Sequence record: MH445380.1
Source of the DNA: Escherichia phage P1
Strand: one strand, 5' to 3'
Length of the DNA stretch: 64,000 nucleotides
The translations under genes were made by a program, and so were the position numbers. Numbering within the stretch: position 1 is the stretch's first letter; each line of letters begins with the position of its first letter. Below, one piece after another: positions 42,318 to 55,808 of this stretch. Under the pieces are notes generated by a model. That model was not told the origin of the DNA. It saw nothing but the letters and a program-made list of their open reading frames with translations, and did not search any database.

Positions 42318-45300
42318 TTATGCGTATTGTTGGATGACGGCCAGAACGTCCGCCACGTTGTGTTTTGTCTCGATAATCCACCAGTTACCCGGGAAATCGC
42401 TGTTCTTCGCCTTCGCTGGCAGCCAGCGAGCGCCGAATTTCGCCTTGATTGCGTCTTTCGCACGGAAAAGAACGCCTTTCATGCCTGAGGCTTCCTGAAG
42501 CCCAAATACCTCGCCAGCGGCGAATTTTGGTGCGTACATCATCTTCAGGTCGGCGGTGGATACGCGATAATTCAGACCAAGAGACTGAGCTATGCTGGTG
42601 GCATCACCCTGTATTGATGATAACTCTTCTTGTTTCTCGTTTCTGGCGGCAATCTCTTCCTCCGTGATGTTGCCAAGGGCCAGGTTTATCCGATCAGCGT
42701 CGGCCTGTTTCTCTTCATCGGTGCGCCCGGCAAGAACCGTGTTAATTCTCTGCAATATCTCCACATGATTCTTGCGCATGCTGAGCAATTCCGGCGTAAC
42801 CTCGTTAAGATCCACCAGCCCAAGGATGGCAAGGTCGGAAAACATTGATACCAGGTTGTAGGTCATGCGATAGCTGAGTTGACCATAGGCTGATGGCAAC
42901 TGCACCGCATCCATTTTATAGGCATCCATAAATTTAGAGCCGTCGTTTACGACATCCGCAATTGCCGGTGTGATTTTTCCTGTGGTGGCGGCCTCCCTGA
43001 TTGCTGTTACCCACGATTGAGTCAGCGCGGAAACTGCATGATTCAGATTGGCTTTGCGTTCTGCTGCAATGCGCGCGCTTGCAGCGTCCATTGACTGTTT
43101 GATCTCGTCTTTATTGCTGTAAATGCCAATGGTGCCAAACTGTGCTGTGGTGATCTCATAATCTGACGCCCGGAACTCATTGGTACCGAAAATGGCATTG
43201 GTGACTTCAAGTTCAGAATCCCCGTTACGAGTAGCCCCCTGGCTTGTTTTTTCCGGCATTCTGGCGATCGCATCCGCTATTTTCTCCTGAATTGCTTCAG
43301 GGGATAGCGTATCTCCGTATGACGCGATTACATCGCCATAATTGGAGCCAAACAGTTCAACCAGGAATGTTTCTGCCGAACGGATCTGGCGGTTATTCCC
43401 TTCCGACATCATACCAAGCACCCATTTTGCAATTGACGACTTCAGCGCGCCGTCACGGCGATCCGGGTAAACCGCATGCTTCAGTGGGTCCGAATAGGTA
43501 CCAACAAAATCGATGCTATAGCCTGACTCTGTAGTCTGAACGCCGTATGAGTCAGTGATTTTGATCATGCCGCGCTGCTGGAAACGGTAGAAATCGTCAC
43601 AGGAAATGATGTCGTTAATCCCGGCGATGGAGACGCCACCACTGATTTTCTGCATAACAGCATCTTCATCGGGAGTTACATCAACCTGTTTATCCAGCGT
43701 CTTCACATCCCAGTTACCCGATTTGGTACCTTTGAAGGTAAAGATAATCTCCACGTCTGCGCGCTGGCTGTCGAAGTCCAGCGACTTAATGCGAACGATA
43801 TCACCGGCACAATCGTAGTATTGGCCTACACGCCATGAGCGATCGCCGATAACAAGGAACTCACTCGCATGGTTAACCAGGTCAGGATCAACATCCAGAA
43901 TGCCTTTATTTATTGCATCCTCCACCAGCGGGCGCAGGCGTTTGATATCCGTCGCGGCCTTCTGAGTACGGTTCAATAATTTCTCATAGCGGGAGATGGC
44001 TTGAGAGATATTAGCCTTGCGCTGAATGGCGCTTTTCAACGACGCGCGATACTGTGCTAACAACGTACGGTCTGTGTGATGGACGCTACCCCAGCGGGCT
44101 TTCCAGTCTGCGTTATCAGCTGCTTTGGCCATTACCGCCTGTTTGAATTTAGCTACCTCGGCGGTGGTCTTTTCAAGTTCCGCTTTGCTTCGCTCTAATT
44201 CAGCGGTAAGTACCTCCACATCCTCGCCAGCTGCGTGCTGCGCCTTGATGTAGTTCTGAAGGTCGATAGTAGCCTGTTCTTTCTGGCGAGCGCGTTGCGC
44301 GGCTTTCGCCTTATCCATTTGAACCTGCATCATTGCCAGACGTTCGCCATCATCCTTAGCGGTATACATCTGCATTTCGATCATATCGTTGGCGTCGGCG
44401 TTCTCCATTTCTGACTTATCTGAACGGAGGATATCGGAGATCCAGCCTGCTTTACGCTTCAGCGTCTTCAGTCGGTATTCATCGAAAGAACCCTTGCCGC
44501 AGTAGTAGTGAACGCGAACGCTTGCACGGTTGGAGCCAACTCGGGCACCGCGACCGTTACGCTGTGCGATACTGGCTGGTGTCCATGGCAACGTCAGATG
44601 ATGGATGTCAGTCGTTCCTCGATGCAGGTTGATACCCACCTCTGCCTTTTTGTTGCAGATGATGATCGGAGTCCGGCCCTCCTGGAAGTCGGCTGCAATC
44701 TTTTCCAGACCGCCCAACGACATTTCATTCTGCTGCGCGATATAGGCGTCATACAGAGCCATTTGCTCGTTGTATTTCGCTATCTGTGCATCTGTTGGTT
44801 CATCCGGTAACTCTTTCGGCGGTTTAACCGCTTTCAGTTTCTTACCGGTTTTACCTGCCTCGGCAACCGTCTGAGCATTCAGGATCCCCACCTTTGAAGG
44901 TTCAAGGTTAAGAGCATTGCAGATAATGCGCTTGAGCTTCTGGTGCTGCGTTTTTTCGTCCGTGAAGATGATTTGCTTACCTTCCGGGAAAAACTCCTTC
45001 AGCGTGGCGATCAGCTTCACGTATTTGGGCGTAACGGGGTGAGTTACGGTCTGTTCGTCAATGCCAAACTTGGCCAGGCGCTTATTCACTTCCTGCTCGA
45101 ACGCTTCCGGAACCTGCAACTGAATAAACTCGCCCTTATCTATCAGGGAGTATTGCGATTGCTGCGTGATTGAATCATCACTGTCGTCGTCTTCGCTGGT
45201 GGCTTGTTTAGGCAAACTGTCCGCCAGCTGCTGCACCGCATCGGCGTACTCCGGCAGGAAACGATAGGTGATCCGGCGATAGTACAGGTCCATGTCAGTA

Positions 45301-48300
45301 CATACGCGGTCCATATCCCTGATTATTGAGAAGATCGGACGGGCTTTCTCGTGCTCAATCACGCCGTCTTCATTAACCGAGGTCGTTACGCCATTGTTGG
45401 CTTTTGCTGCCGCTTCCGCCTGTTGACGCAATTCTTCATACGCCGCCAGTTGTTCTTCAGTAAGTGGTGCATCCTGCTGGTGTTCGTCCAGTTCCGGGAT
45501 CTCCACGGTATCCTTAACGTCTTCCGCCGTTTTAAGCGTTGTCCAGCGATGGAATATGCCGCGCAGCGCATCAAGGTTTTCAAAGCCCACCAGCGCCATT
45601 TTTTCTTCAACTTCACCGCTGATTTTCTGTACCGTTTCCAGCCTGGTCTTGCCGAAGAATTTAACGAAGTCATCAGGACCGTAGATCCCCATCTTCTGCC
45701 AGTATTCCTTCGGCAGAACATGAGAAAGCATGTTGTATGCATCGATCGGGGTGTTAACGACTGGCGTTGCAGTCAGGAGAACCGGTCCACGCCCACCATT
45801 CTTTTTCATCAGGTACGCGTTTTTGATTGCCATATCTCGCGCCGATTGCGCCACCGCGCTGGTGGGCAGATAGGCCAGCTGTGACGCTTCGCGACCATTT
45901 TTATAGCTATTGCGGTAGTTGTGGCCTTCGTCAGCAATCACGCTGTCGAAGCCCATATCCTCAAAGTACGGATACTTCTCTGCTTTTTCGGTACCGGTAT
46001 CTGAATACTCCGACAATACCCGGCGACGCGCCGCCTCTTTGCGATGGGAATCGGAGTCCATTGCGCTGGCCACACGCCCGGCAGCAACGAAGTCATAAAG
46101 CATGTCTTGTGCATGCTCATCTACGGTGTCATCACGTAGCGGAATGCGGGCGTATTGTTCTTTGGTAAACACGACTGCACGGTAGTTTGAGTGCGGGATC
46201 GCGTTCATCCGCGCCGTGATAGTGGCTTCATCTGCCAGCTTAAGGGCATCGCGCATAACGGGAGTGCCATCTGCACCAACGACAGGTTTACCGTTCTCAT
46301 CGAGCACCGGCACCTGGCGAATCTGATCGCCATCCATCAGCACATCAAGACCGACGAACAGGTAGTTACTGAATGCCTCTTCACTCAGAAACTCTTTTGC
46401 TTCGTAATACCAGTTTTCCAGCACTGATTTAGGCACTACATACGCAGTACGGGTGGAACGACCGTTCTCATAGTTGAACGCCTCAAGCGCCAGCGCGGTC
46501 GTGGTTTTACCCAGCCCGGTACCGAAGCCCAGGATGCCGCGCCCATCTTCGGACAGTCGGCGCACCTCGCTATTCTGGTAATCAAATGGCTGTCGCTTAC
46601 CGCTTAATCCCTTCAACCCAAGCGGATCGCCAGAGTGTTCATACGGGATATTGCTATTGAAAACATCGTTGTATTTGGCAACCAGCTCATCGTAGCGATC
46701 GTGCGTCTTGATCCACTTATTGAACTGGTCCTCAAGCAGTGCCATCTGCTCGCGGTAGCCGTTCGCCGTCGCGCTATCTTTGCCACCGATACGCGCACCA
46801 TTGAGATACTTTTCCAGCTGTGCCGGGAACCCGGTCGCGTTTTCACCTGATTTACGGTCCCACTCGTAGCGGATCTCGCCTGTTTCTTTATCCTTGCGCT
46901 GGACGACACCGTATCGGTGCCCGACGAACAGACCATCACCACCGTGATAGGTGTCAGAAACCATTTCGTCGCCTTCAAGCTGCACTGACTGCACATAGCG
47001 CAGATCCGGATAGCCGTCTTCCTGCAAAAATTCCAGAATGACGGAACGGTCGAACCAACGGCTATTGAGCTTAAACCGGATATTCTCTGCTGGCGTCTTG
47101 ATGCGCTTCTCTTCGATCGCTGCCAGCTGATTAAGGACGTTGTTCTTTACTGGACCGTCGGGGAGCGTGGCGAGGAATTCCTGTTTTGGAGCCACTATCT
47201 CGTTAATGTCGCCGCTGGTGGCGCGGGCGAACGGAACAATCCCGCCATACGGTGAAACCGCAATACCAGGGGTGCTGGCCAATAAATTAAGCAACTCTTC
47301 ATCACTGGCTGGCAGTTCGCCGGTAAACGCAAGGCGGAAATCATCGAGCTGGATTGGATCGCGAGTGAGATCACTGTAGAGATAACGCAGGGTGTCCTGA
47401 TAGCTGGTGGAGTCATAACTGGCGCTGGAATCATGCGTAACCAGTTTTCCTGTCAGCTCGTCAGAAATAGTGCCATCCAGCTTAATTGCACCACGGAAAG
47501 CAAACCAGGCGCGCGCACCGCTCCCCGATAATTTCGCTATCGGACCGCGACCGGGGTTACCAAAACGGTCAATCTCTGCCTGCAAACGGGATACCAGAGA
47601 AAGGCGCTGCTGTTCGATTTGTTCAGCACTATGCCCGGCGGCCTTCATGTCCTGATATTCAATTAACATCCGGCCAATCATCGCCCCGCGATACAAGCGT
47701 TCACGGTATTTTTCAGGCTGGCTGTTAATCCAGTCCACCAGCTGCACCATATCGTCGCTGATTGATGTGGTGTACTTATCGCGGACATTTGCCATCTGGG
47801 TAAATGTCATGCCGAGACGGCCTTCTGTTGTAGTCAGGTTACGCTGAAGAGCCTCCCAGCTATCCGCGCCATAACTGGCAGCATCGATCTTAAGTTCCTT
47901 CCCTGCATCAGCTTCAATCCAGCGACCACCAGCATATTTTTGCCATACGCCATTAATCAGGCGCATTTCCCCTTCACCAACAACGTCTGCGGTCGGTGAC
48001 GGTTCAGCCATATCGAGCAAAGACCAGTCGATACGGCTTTCGAAACGATGAATCAGCTTCGCTTTAAGAGCCTGGTTATCAATCTGACCGTCGGCACGAA
48101 CCTCAATACGCCCCTGGAAGCCCTTTTCCTGGGTGCCATGAACAAACCGGCGGCCATCCTTTTCAAACCACTTGCCAGAAATAAACGTTGACCAAAGCAC
48201 ATTTGCCGATTCGAGAGTGCTTTCATCCACCAGGGGGATTTTCTCAGCCATCTCTGCCGGATGTTTGCGCATCAGCACCACATCTACGACCGTACTGGTC

Positions 48301-49085
48301 CCGTTAGCGTCAAAAGTACCGGTAGGCAAGCGGTGGGCACCAAGAAATTCAGCTTTCCGTGATAGGCGCAGGCGTAACCGCTTCATGTTTGAACCTGAAA
48401 CAATGGACGGCGGCACAATCACGCACATGAATCCGCCTAGCTTTATCTTGTCCAGCATGCGGAGCATGAAGTAAGAACCCATGTCCGTTTCTTCTGCGTA
48501 AGGCTTATCGATGTTGCGTGTGTTATCACGACCACCGAACGGAACGTTACCCACAACATGGTCGAATGAATCGTTAGGCGTGCTTACAGCCAGTTGTTCG
48601 AACGGAGAAATCTGTACGCTGTCTTCCGGGTGCAACAGCTGGTTTATACGACCGGAAACACTGCTGATCTCAGTCGCGGTCATCACCGTACCAACCGGTT
48701 TTGTCTCATTAAAAACGCCGGTTCCCGCCGATGGTTCCAGAGTGTTACCTACGTCCGCGCCGTAGAGCTTCATGATCTCCCAGACACCTTCAGCGATCGG
48801 CTTTGGTGTGTAATATTCGGAGACGGACCCGCCAATGCCGCCTTCGCCGGTGTACCCAGCCAGGATCTGGCGCTGTTCATCTGTCAGTGTCGCGCCGTCC
48901 ACCAGCGAATTAAGCAAATCTATCGCCTTCTGATTCGCCTCCCGGCGTAGTCGGTCATAGCTTTTGCCTTCCACCTTTTCCACGCCGTATCTAATCGGCG
49001 CTCGGTGAGATGTTATTGCCCTAATGTATTTCAATATTTCGCTGACACTTGAACAGCGAAACACCCCTATAGATAGCTTGTTCAT
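42318..49085 (-). CDS. darB: DarB antirestriction protein (2255 aa; methyltransferase and helicase domains)
   Basis: 2255-aa ORF, same length as P1 DarB; helicase motifs (e.g. GTGLGKT, DEGH) visible. Confidence 0.88.
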   Translation of the reverse strand: MNKLSIGVFRCSSVSEILKYIRAITSHRAPIRYGVEKVEGKSYDRLRREANQKAIDLLNSLVDGATLTDEQRQILAGYTGEGGIGGSVSEYYTPKPIAEGVWEIMKLYGADVGNTLEPSAGTGVFNETKPVGTVMTATEISSVSGRINQLLHPEDSVQISPFEQLAVSTPNDSFDHVVGNVPFGGRDNTRNIDKPYAEETDMGSYFMLRMLDKIKLGGFMCVIVPPSIVSGSNMKRLRLRLSRKAEFLGAHRLPTGTFDANGTSTVVDVVLMRKHPAEMAEKIPLVDESTLESANVLWSTFISGKWFEKDGRRFVHGTQEKGFQGRIEVRADGQIDNQALKAKLIHRFESRIDWSLLDMAEPSPTADVVGEGEMRLINGVWQKYAGGRWIEADAGKELKIDAASYGADSWEALQRNLTTTEGRLGMTFTQMANVRDKYTTSISDDMVQLVDWINSQPEKYRERLYRGAMIGRMLIEYQDMKAAGHSAEQIEQQRLSLVSRLQAEIDRFGNPGRGPIAKLSGSGARAWFAFRGAIKLDGTISDELTGKLVTHDSSASYDSTSYQDTLRYLYSDLTRDPIQLDDFRLAFTGELPASDEELLNLLASTPGIAVSPYGGIVPFARATSGDINEIVAPKQEFLATLPDGPVKNNVLNQLAAIEEKRIKTPAENIRFKLNSRWFDRSVILEFLQEDGYPDLRYVQSVQLEGDEMVSDTYHGGDGLFVGHRYGVVQRKDKETGEIRYEWDRKSGENATGFPAQLEKYLNGARIGGKDSATANGYREQMALLEDQFNKWIKTHDRYDELVAKYNDVFNSNIPYEHSGDPLGLKGLSGKRQPFDYQNSEVRRLSEDGRGILGFGTGLGKTTTALALEAFNYENGRSTRTAYVVPKSVLENWYYEAKEFLSEEAFSNYLFVGLDVLMDGDQIRQVPVLDENGKPVVGADGTPVMRDALKLADEATITARMNAIPHSNYRAVVFTKEQYARIPLRDDTVDEHAQDMLYDFVAAGRVASAMDSDSHRKEAARRRVLSEYSDTGTEKAEKYPYFEDMGFDSVIADEGHNYRNSYKNGREASQLAYLPTSAVAQSARDMAIKNAYLMKKNGGRGPVLLTATPVVNTPIDAYNMLSHVLPKEYWQKMGIYGPDDFVKFFGKTRLETVQKISGEVEEKMALVGFENLDALRGIFHRWTTLKTAEDVKDTVEIPELDEHQQDAPLTEEQLAAYEELRQQAEAAAKANNGVTTSVNEDGVIEHEKARPIFSIIRDMDRVCTDMDLYYRRITYRFLPEYADAVQQLADSLPKQATSEDDDSDDSITQQSQYSLIDKGEFIQLQVPEAFEQEVNKRLAKFGIDEQTVTHPVTPKYVKLIATLKEFFPEGKQIIFTDEKTQHQKLKRIICNALNLEPSKVGILNAQTVAEAGKTGKKLKAVKPPKELPDEPTDAQIAKYNEQMALYDAYIAQQNEMSLGGLEKIAADFQEGRTPIIICNKKAEVGINLHRGTTDIHHLTLPWTPASIAQRNGRGARVGSNRASVRVHYYCGKGSFDEYRLKTLKRKAGWISDILRSDKSEMENADANDMIEMQMYTAKDDGERLAMMQVQMDKAKAAQRARQKEQATIDLQNYIKAQHAAGEDVEVLTAELERSKAELEKTTAEVAKFKQAVMAKAADNADWKARWGSVHHTDRTLLAQYRASLKSAIQRKANISQAISRYEKLLNRTQKAATDIKRLRPLVEDAINKGILDVDPDLVNHASEFLVIGDRSWRVGQYYDCAGDIVRIKSLDFDSQRADVEIIFTFKGTKSGNWDVKTLDKQVDVTPDEDAVMQKISGGVSIAGINDIISCDDFYRFQQRGMIKITDSYGVQTTESGYSIDFVGTYSDPLKHAVYPDRRDGALKSSIAKWVLGMMSEGNNRQIRSAETFLVELFGSNYGDVIASYGDTLSPEAIQEKIADAIARMPEKTSQGATRNGDSELEVTNAIFGTNEFRASDYEITTAQFGTIGIYSNKDEIKQSMDAASARIAAERKANLNHAVSALTQSWVTAIREAATTGKITPAIADVVNDGSKFMDAYKMDAVQLPSAYGQLSYRMTYNLVSMFSDLAILGLVDLNEVTPELLSMRKNHVEILQRINTVLAGRTDEEKQADADRINLALGNITEEEIAARNEKQEELSSIQGDATSIAQSLGLNYRVSTADLKMMYAPKFAAGEVFGLQEASGMKGVLFRAKDAIKAKFGARWLPAKAKNSDFPGNWWIIETKHNVADVLAVIQQYA

Positions 49086-49151
49086 TGGTAATCCTTAACA
49101 AGTGACTAGTGTTAAATTCCGTTCAAACACGATGCGAATTATTCTAATTAA

Positions 49152-51882
<2,731 letters not shown>

Positions 51883-51896
51883 CCACCAAAAATAAC

Positions 51897-51914
51897 CCCG
51901 GCAGCTGCCGGGGT
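51897..51914. terminator. Rho-independent terminator-like hairpin after pro
   Basis: Perfect palindrome ccccggcagctgccgggg followed by ttctcgtt. Confidence 0.65.
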
Positions 51915-51929
51915 TCTCGTTAACTATTA

Positions 51930-52187
51930 TCACCTTCGCCTGCGTGCCATATATTTGCGCACCGCGCGGCCTGGACAATCTGAAGCTGTTTCTTTCTGCT
52001 GCATCAATCTCGCAGCCATGCTCAAAAATGTCAGGCACAGCCGAAGCCCGGCATACAATAGCGGTTCCAGTGGCCACGTCTCATTGAGCACATATACCGC
52101 CATGAAAATCGAGTCAAAAACTATCGCCGCCAGCGATAACTTCATTGTCGAAAGTCGGCGGAGCTGCCGGAGTTTATTCATTGACAA
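51930..52187 (-). CDS. Small membrane protein downstream of lyz (85 aa), possible lysis accessory protein
   Basis: One hydrophobic segment LSLAAIVFDSIFMAVYVL and basic C-terminus; 14-nt overlap with lyz end. Confidence 0.3.
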   Translation of the reverse strand: MSMNKLRQLRRLSTMKLSLAAIVFDSIFMAVYVLNETWPLEPLLYAGLRLCLTFLSMAARLMQQKETASDCPGRAVRKYMARRRR

Positions 52188-52731
52188 GCCCCGTCAGGCA
52201 AAGCTGGCGTTCTTTTTCACGGCGAATCTTTAAACCTCGCAGGGGCACGCCGTTACTGTTCACGAAATCAGGGAGATGGTTACACATATTCACCCATTCC
52301 CCTTTCTGCGCCCACTTGTGGATGGACGTTTCTACTCGCATGCCTCGCGCTTTGCTGTAGTAGGTCCGTAAGCTATTGCATCCCATATTGAATGCCGCGC
52401 TTGTCATTGCACTGAAGGCATTATCGGGCATGTCTTTGCCCCGGAAGTGCTGATTAATACAGCGTTCAGCGATCAGGATATTCTTTTCCCAATCAGCGGC
52501 GATTTGCTGGTCGGTTTTTCGCACACCCGGCGTTACCCCGTGTGTATTACCGATCCCGTCAGTCCATACCCCCGCCGGGCACATGTATGGATCACGTCGG
52601 CAACCTTCAGCGTTACCAATCAGCTCAAGCCCCGCCTGGTTGGTTCGCACATTGCCATTACCCATCACGATGGTAATCATCACCGCGATAGCGCAAATTG
52701 CACCGCCTCCTGCGGCTGTTTTTCCCTTCAT
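52174..52731 (-). CDS. lyz: SAR-type endolysin Lyz (185 aa)
   Basis: N-terminal signal-anchor-release segment MKGKTAAGGGAICAIAVMITIV; T4-lysozyme-like catalytic region; track ORF extended 14 codons. Confidence 0.85.
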   Translation of the reverse strand: MKGKTAAGGGAICAIAVMITIVMGNGNVRTNQAGLELIGNAEGCRRDPYMCPAGVWTDGIGNTHGVTPGVRKTDQQIAADWEKNILIAERCINQHFRGKDMPDNAFSAMTSAAFNMGCNSLRTYYSKARGMRVETSIHKWAQKGEWVNMCNHLPDFVNSNGVPLRGLKIRREKERQLCLTGLVNE

Positions 52732-52864
52732 AAAGACCTCATAAGCGAATTTTTTACGCTCCAGGACAAACACTCATTCACAGCCAATACCGACTGACTC
52801 GATCCCTTTAGAAGGCACAGGATAATGCAAATCACTTGTTAGCCACGTTTCAAAGATATACATT

Positions 52865-52881
52865 ATTGCTCTAATTAATTT
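52865..52881. promoter_or_regulatory. C1 operator-like motif in lyz-ssb divergent intergenic region
   Basis: attgctctaattaattt. Confidence 0.5.
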
Positions 52882-52900
52882 ATTTTATTAGGTAAGAAAA

Positions 52901-53389
52901 GTGGCACAACGCGGTGTAAACAAAGTCATCCTGATTGGTACCCTGGGGCAAGACCCGGAGATCAGGTATATACCAAATGGCGGAGCGGTCGGAAGACTCA
53001 GCATCGCAACGAATGAATCATGGCGCGACAAGCAAACGGGCCAACAGAAAGAGCAAACAGAATGGCATAAAGTAGTTTTGTTCGGAAAACTTGCTGAAAT
53101 TGCGAGTGAATATTTACGAAAAGGTTCTCAGGTCTACATCGAAGGGAAACTTAAAACCCGTAAGTGGACAGATGACGCCGGTGTAGAACGTTACACGACG
53201 GAAATTATCGTCAGCCAGGGCGGCACCATGCAAATGATCGGCGCTCGCCGTGACGATTCACAGTCCTCAAATGGCTGGGGGCAATCAAACCAACCTCAAA
53301 ACCACCAGCAATACAGTGGTGGCGGTAAACCTCAGAGCAACGCCAATAACGAACCTCCAATGGACTTTGACGACGATATTCCGTTTTGA
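52901..53389 (+). CDS. ssb: Single-stranded DNA-binding protein Ssb (162 aa)
   Basis: OB-fold N-terminus ([23 protein letters not shown]...), Gly/Gln-rich linker, acidic tail DFDDDIPF. Confidence 0.92.
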   Translation: MAQRGVNKVILIGTLGQDPEIRYIPNGGAVGRLSIATNESWRDKQTGQQKEQTEWHKVVLFGKLAEIASEYLRKGSQVYIEGKLKTRKWTDDAGVERYTTEIIVSQGGTMQMIGARRDDSQSSNGWGQSNQPQNHQQYSGGGKPQSNANNEPPMDFDDDIPF

Positions 53390-53586
53390 ATGTGTAAAAA
53401 ACGACTGAAAGAAAAGCGGTGGTCCAGACGCCGACAAAAGCACGAACTCGCTCAAAAACGCCAAAGTTGGCAATGGCACGCGCTTTTAACGAATAGAACA
53501 CCCCGAGATATTGCTTTCGCTGGTGGGAAAACATTCCTAACCAACCTGAAGGCGCAATACATCAGTTTTTAAGCAGAGAAAAGACT

Positions 53587-54381
53587 ATGACAGCACAAAA
53601 TACTAAAACCATTCAATACCGCCTACGTAATGGCCAGAGTGTCGAAGTGACCATCAATAACGATGGAGTGCCAGGCGAAAAGGTTTCTATCTCTGATCTG
53701 GCTATCGAAAAAACCATCATGTGCCACCTTGGCTTTACTGAAGAAGTGAGCAAAAAGCATGGTGTAGCTATCTGGCGCACAATGGATACTGGAATGCGCA
53801 GATTCATTACTGCTCGTACCCCTGGTATGACCATGATGGACCTCATGCAGATTGCGCCGCTGTTTGAGTGTGAACCTCTGGATGTATTCAGTAATCCAGT
53901 TATCTGCCAGCAGTTATATGGTGAGATGAAACTCGCGGTTACCCCCATCGTGCTGCATGAAGGATCGCTTGCTGGCGTATGGAAAGTAGAGCGAATTTCA
54001 AGCTACATGCCCTTCCACGTCCATGTCAACGGCGTAATCACAGGTGAAAATCAACCTGTTTCAGTTACAAAGTCAGACCTCAAGCGTGCAATTCTTGAAG
54101 CAAGTTGTCGAGTTATCGGCCTGGGCAAACAGTCTTATGTTTGCTTCCCCGCAGGCCCAGAAGGCCAGGCTGAAATACTGGCGATGGATGCCGATCTGCT
54201 CTGGCAAATAGAGTTTATGATAGGGAAAAGCATCATCCGAGCTGAAGAACTCGATCAGTACATTACCTGCACAATGACGGATGAGGTAAAAAGTGTGGCT
54301 ATAGCCAAAGCCCGGAACCTGTGTCGTGCTGCATTAACAGAACTGCGAGAAAACACCACGGAAGAGGTGGAAAGTGATTAA
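53587..54381 (+). CDS. Hypothetical P1-backbone protein (264 aa)
   Basis: ORF with Shine-Dalgarno-like GAGAAAAG upstream; 8-nt overlap with next gene. Confidence 0.5.
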   Translation: MTAQNTKTIQYRLRNGQSVEVTINNDGVPGEKVSISDLAIEKTIMCHLGFTEEVSKKHGVAIWRTMDTGMRRFITARTPGMTMMDLMQIAPLFECEPLDVFSNPVICQQLYGEMKLAVTPIVLHEGSLAGVWKVERISSYMPFHVHVNGVITGENQPVSVTKSDLKRAILEASCRVIGLGKQSYVCFPAGPEGQAEILAMDADLLWQIEFMIGKSIIRAEELDQYITCTMTDEVKSVAIAKARNLCRAALTELRENTTEEVESD

Positions 54382-55468
54382 TCGTATACAGAATGAATCT
54401 GCCTGGTTAGCACTGATAGAACAGTATAAAGACAATTGGGAACTGGCAGCGAAAGAGTTGCTTGATATTGAGTTAACACCTCATCAAGCAAAAATTATTA
54501 ACGCGATAAAGAACACCGGAGCCAAAGTCACTGCCACCACACCACATGGTATTGGGGAAACCTCTATTGTGGCAGTGATTAGCATCCTGCAAACAATACT
54601 GTATTCGTGTTCCCGTACAGTGGTTGTTTCTCCTGCTATTAACGATAGTCGAAAAACAATAATTGACTATATGTTCCGTTATTGGGAGCGAGTTACCCAA
54701 AAACACCCTTTTCTTGGCAATCATTTCAGAATGCACCCTGACAAAGGGTTGGTGCATATCAGTGAAACATGGGGATGCGTCTATATAACCTATTGTCTGA
54801 ATAACGAAGTGTCTCTGGCTGGTTTTACTGGACCGCACGATCTTTTCATCGTTATTAACTCGGCGGAAATCAGCGATCGCGCTCATGCAGTGATAACTGG
54901 CAATTTAACCAATTATGACTCGCGCCTGCTGTTGCTGTCGAAACCATCGGAACGCGAGAAAGGGTACTTTTATGATTCGCATCACCGGTTGGCCCATAGT
55001 AAAAACAATCCTGCTGGTTTTTTCACGGCGATAACTCTAAACACAGAGGATTCGCCTCTCGTTTCTGAAGCATATCTTGAATTCAAAGCCAAAGAGTTTG
55101 GTGGGCGCAATAGCGATGAATATCGCCGATTGATCTTGGGGAAATTTCCCGGGATTCGGGAGTTGATGGAAAAGTCATCTGTTCCCCGTAATATGCACTT
55201 CACAATGACTGACGGTAGTAAATGGGTAGTGCCTACGATCGTGATCGCCAAACACCATGCGAAACATCACGCTCAAAAACACAACTCCAGCACATTAGAC
55301 TGGCTGAAGGCCTATACAATACCGTTATTCTCGGCAAACCATAACGCTATAGCTGAATGGGCTAAACAAATCCCCTGGCAGGATGTGGCTGAAGAGGCAT
55401 TTGTCGAAAAACCTCCGAGAGATTTGCACGAGCACTGTTGGCTGACATCAGAAAAGAGCTTCTCGTGA
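54374..55468 (+). CDS. PacB-like paralog: terminase-large-subunit N-domain homolog with degenerate Walker motifs (364 aa)
   Basis: Aligns to PacB: TPHGIGETSIV vs [11 protein letters not shown]; LFIVINSAEISD vs [13 protein letters not shown]; [23 protein letters not shown] vs [22 protein letters not shown]. Confidence 0.6.
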   Translation: MINRIQNESAWLALIEQYKDNWELAAKELLDIELTPHQAKIINAIKNTGAKVTATTPHGIGETSIVAVISILQTILYSCSRTVVVSPAINDSRKTIIDYMFRYWERVTQKHPFLGNHFRMHPDKGLVHISETWGCVYITYCLNNEVSLAGFTGPHDLFIVINSAEISDRAHAVITGNLTNYDSRLLLLSKPSEREKGYFYDSHHRLAHSKNNPAGFFTAITLNTEDSPLVSEAYLEFKAKEFGGRNSDEYRRLILGKFPGIRELMEKSSVPRNMHFTMTDGSKWVVPTIVIAKHHAKHHAQKHNSSTLDWLKAYTIPLFSANHNAIAEWAKQIPWQDVAEEAFVEKPPRDLHEHCWLTSEKSFS

Positions 55469-55472
55469 GGTA

Positions 55473-55498
55473 AAAATCCCGCCGATTGGCGGGATTTC
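55473..55498. terminator. Bidirectional rho-independent terminator
   Basis: aaaatcccgcc-gatt-ggcgggatttc hairpin between convergent genes. Confidence 0.7.
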
Positions 55499-55499
55499 T

Positions 55500-55808
55500 T
55501 TAATATATGATCTGGTCTATATGATCACCAAAATCATCGTCGTCGTCCTCATCGCCACCATCTACTGCTGGCCAATCAACAAACCAGCCAGCGTAAAGAT
55601 ACAGCGTTCGGAGAACATCACTTGCGGGAGCATCAAGGGTGTTAACGAATCCCATATAGCTATTGGGATTTGCTCCAGCTATGGCTTCAGCGATCATGTC
55701 CTCGGTAATGTCACCGGAGATAATGCTTAAACGCCCGGAAACTTCTTCATTATCATCAAATTCGATAATGGCATCTCCGCCTAATGGCGCTGCGATTTTA
55801 ATCTGCAT
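55500..55808 (-). CDS. Small acidic protein downstream of ddrB (102 aa, iddB position)
   Basis: Last gene of the darA operon; acidic C-terminal DGGDEDDDDDFGD. Confidence 0.4.
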   Translation of the reverse strand: MQIKIAAPLGGDAIIEFDDNEEVSGRLSIISGDITEDMIAEAIAGANPNSYMGFVNTLDAPASDVLRTLYLYAGWFVDWPAVDGGDEDDDDDFGDHIDQIIY

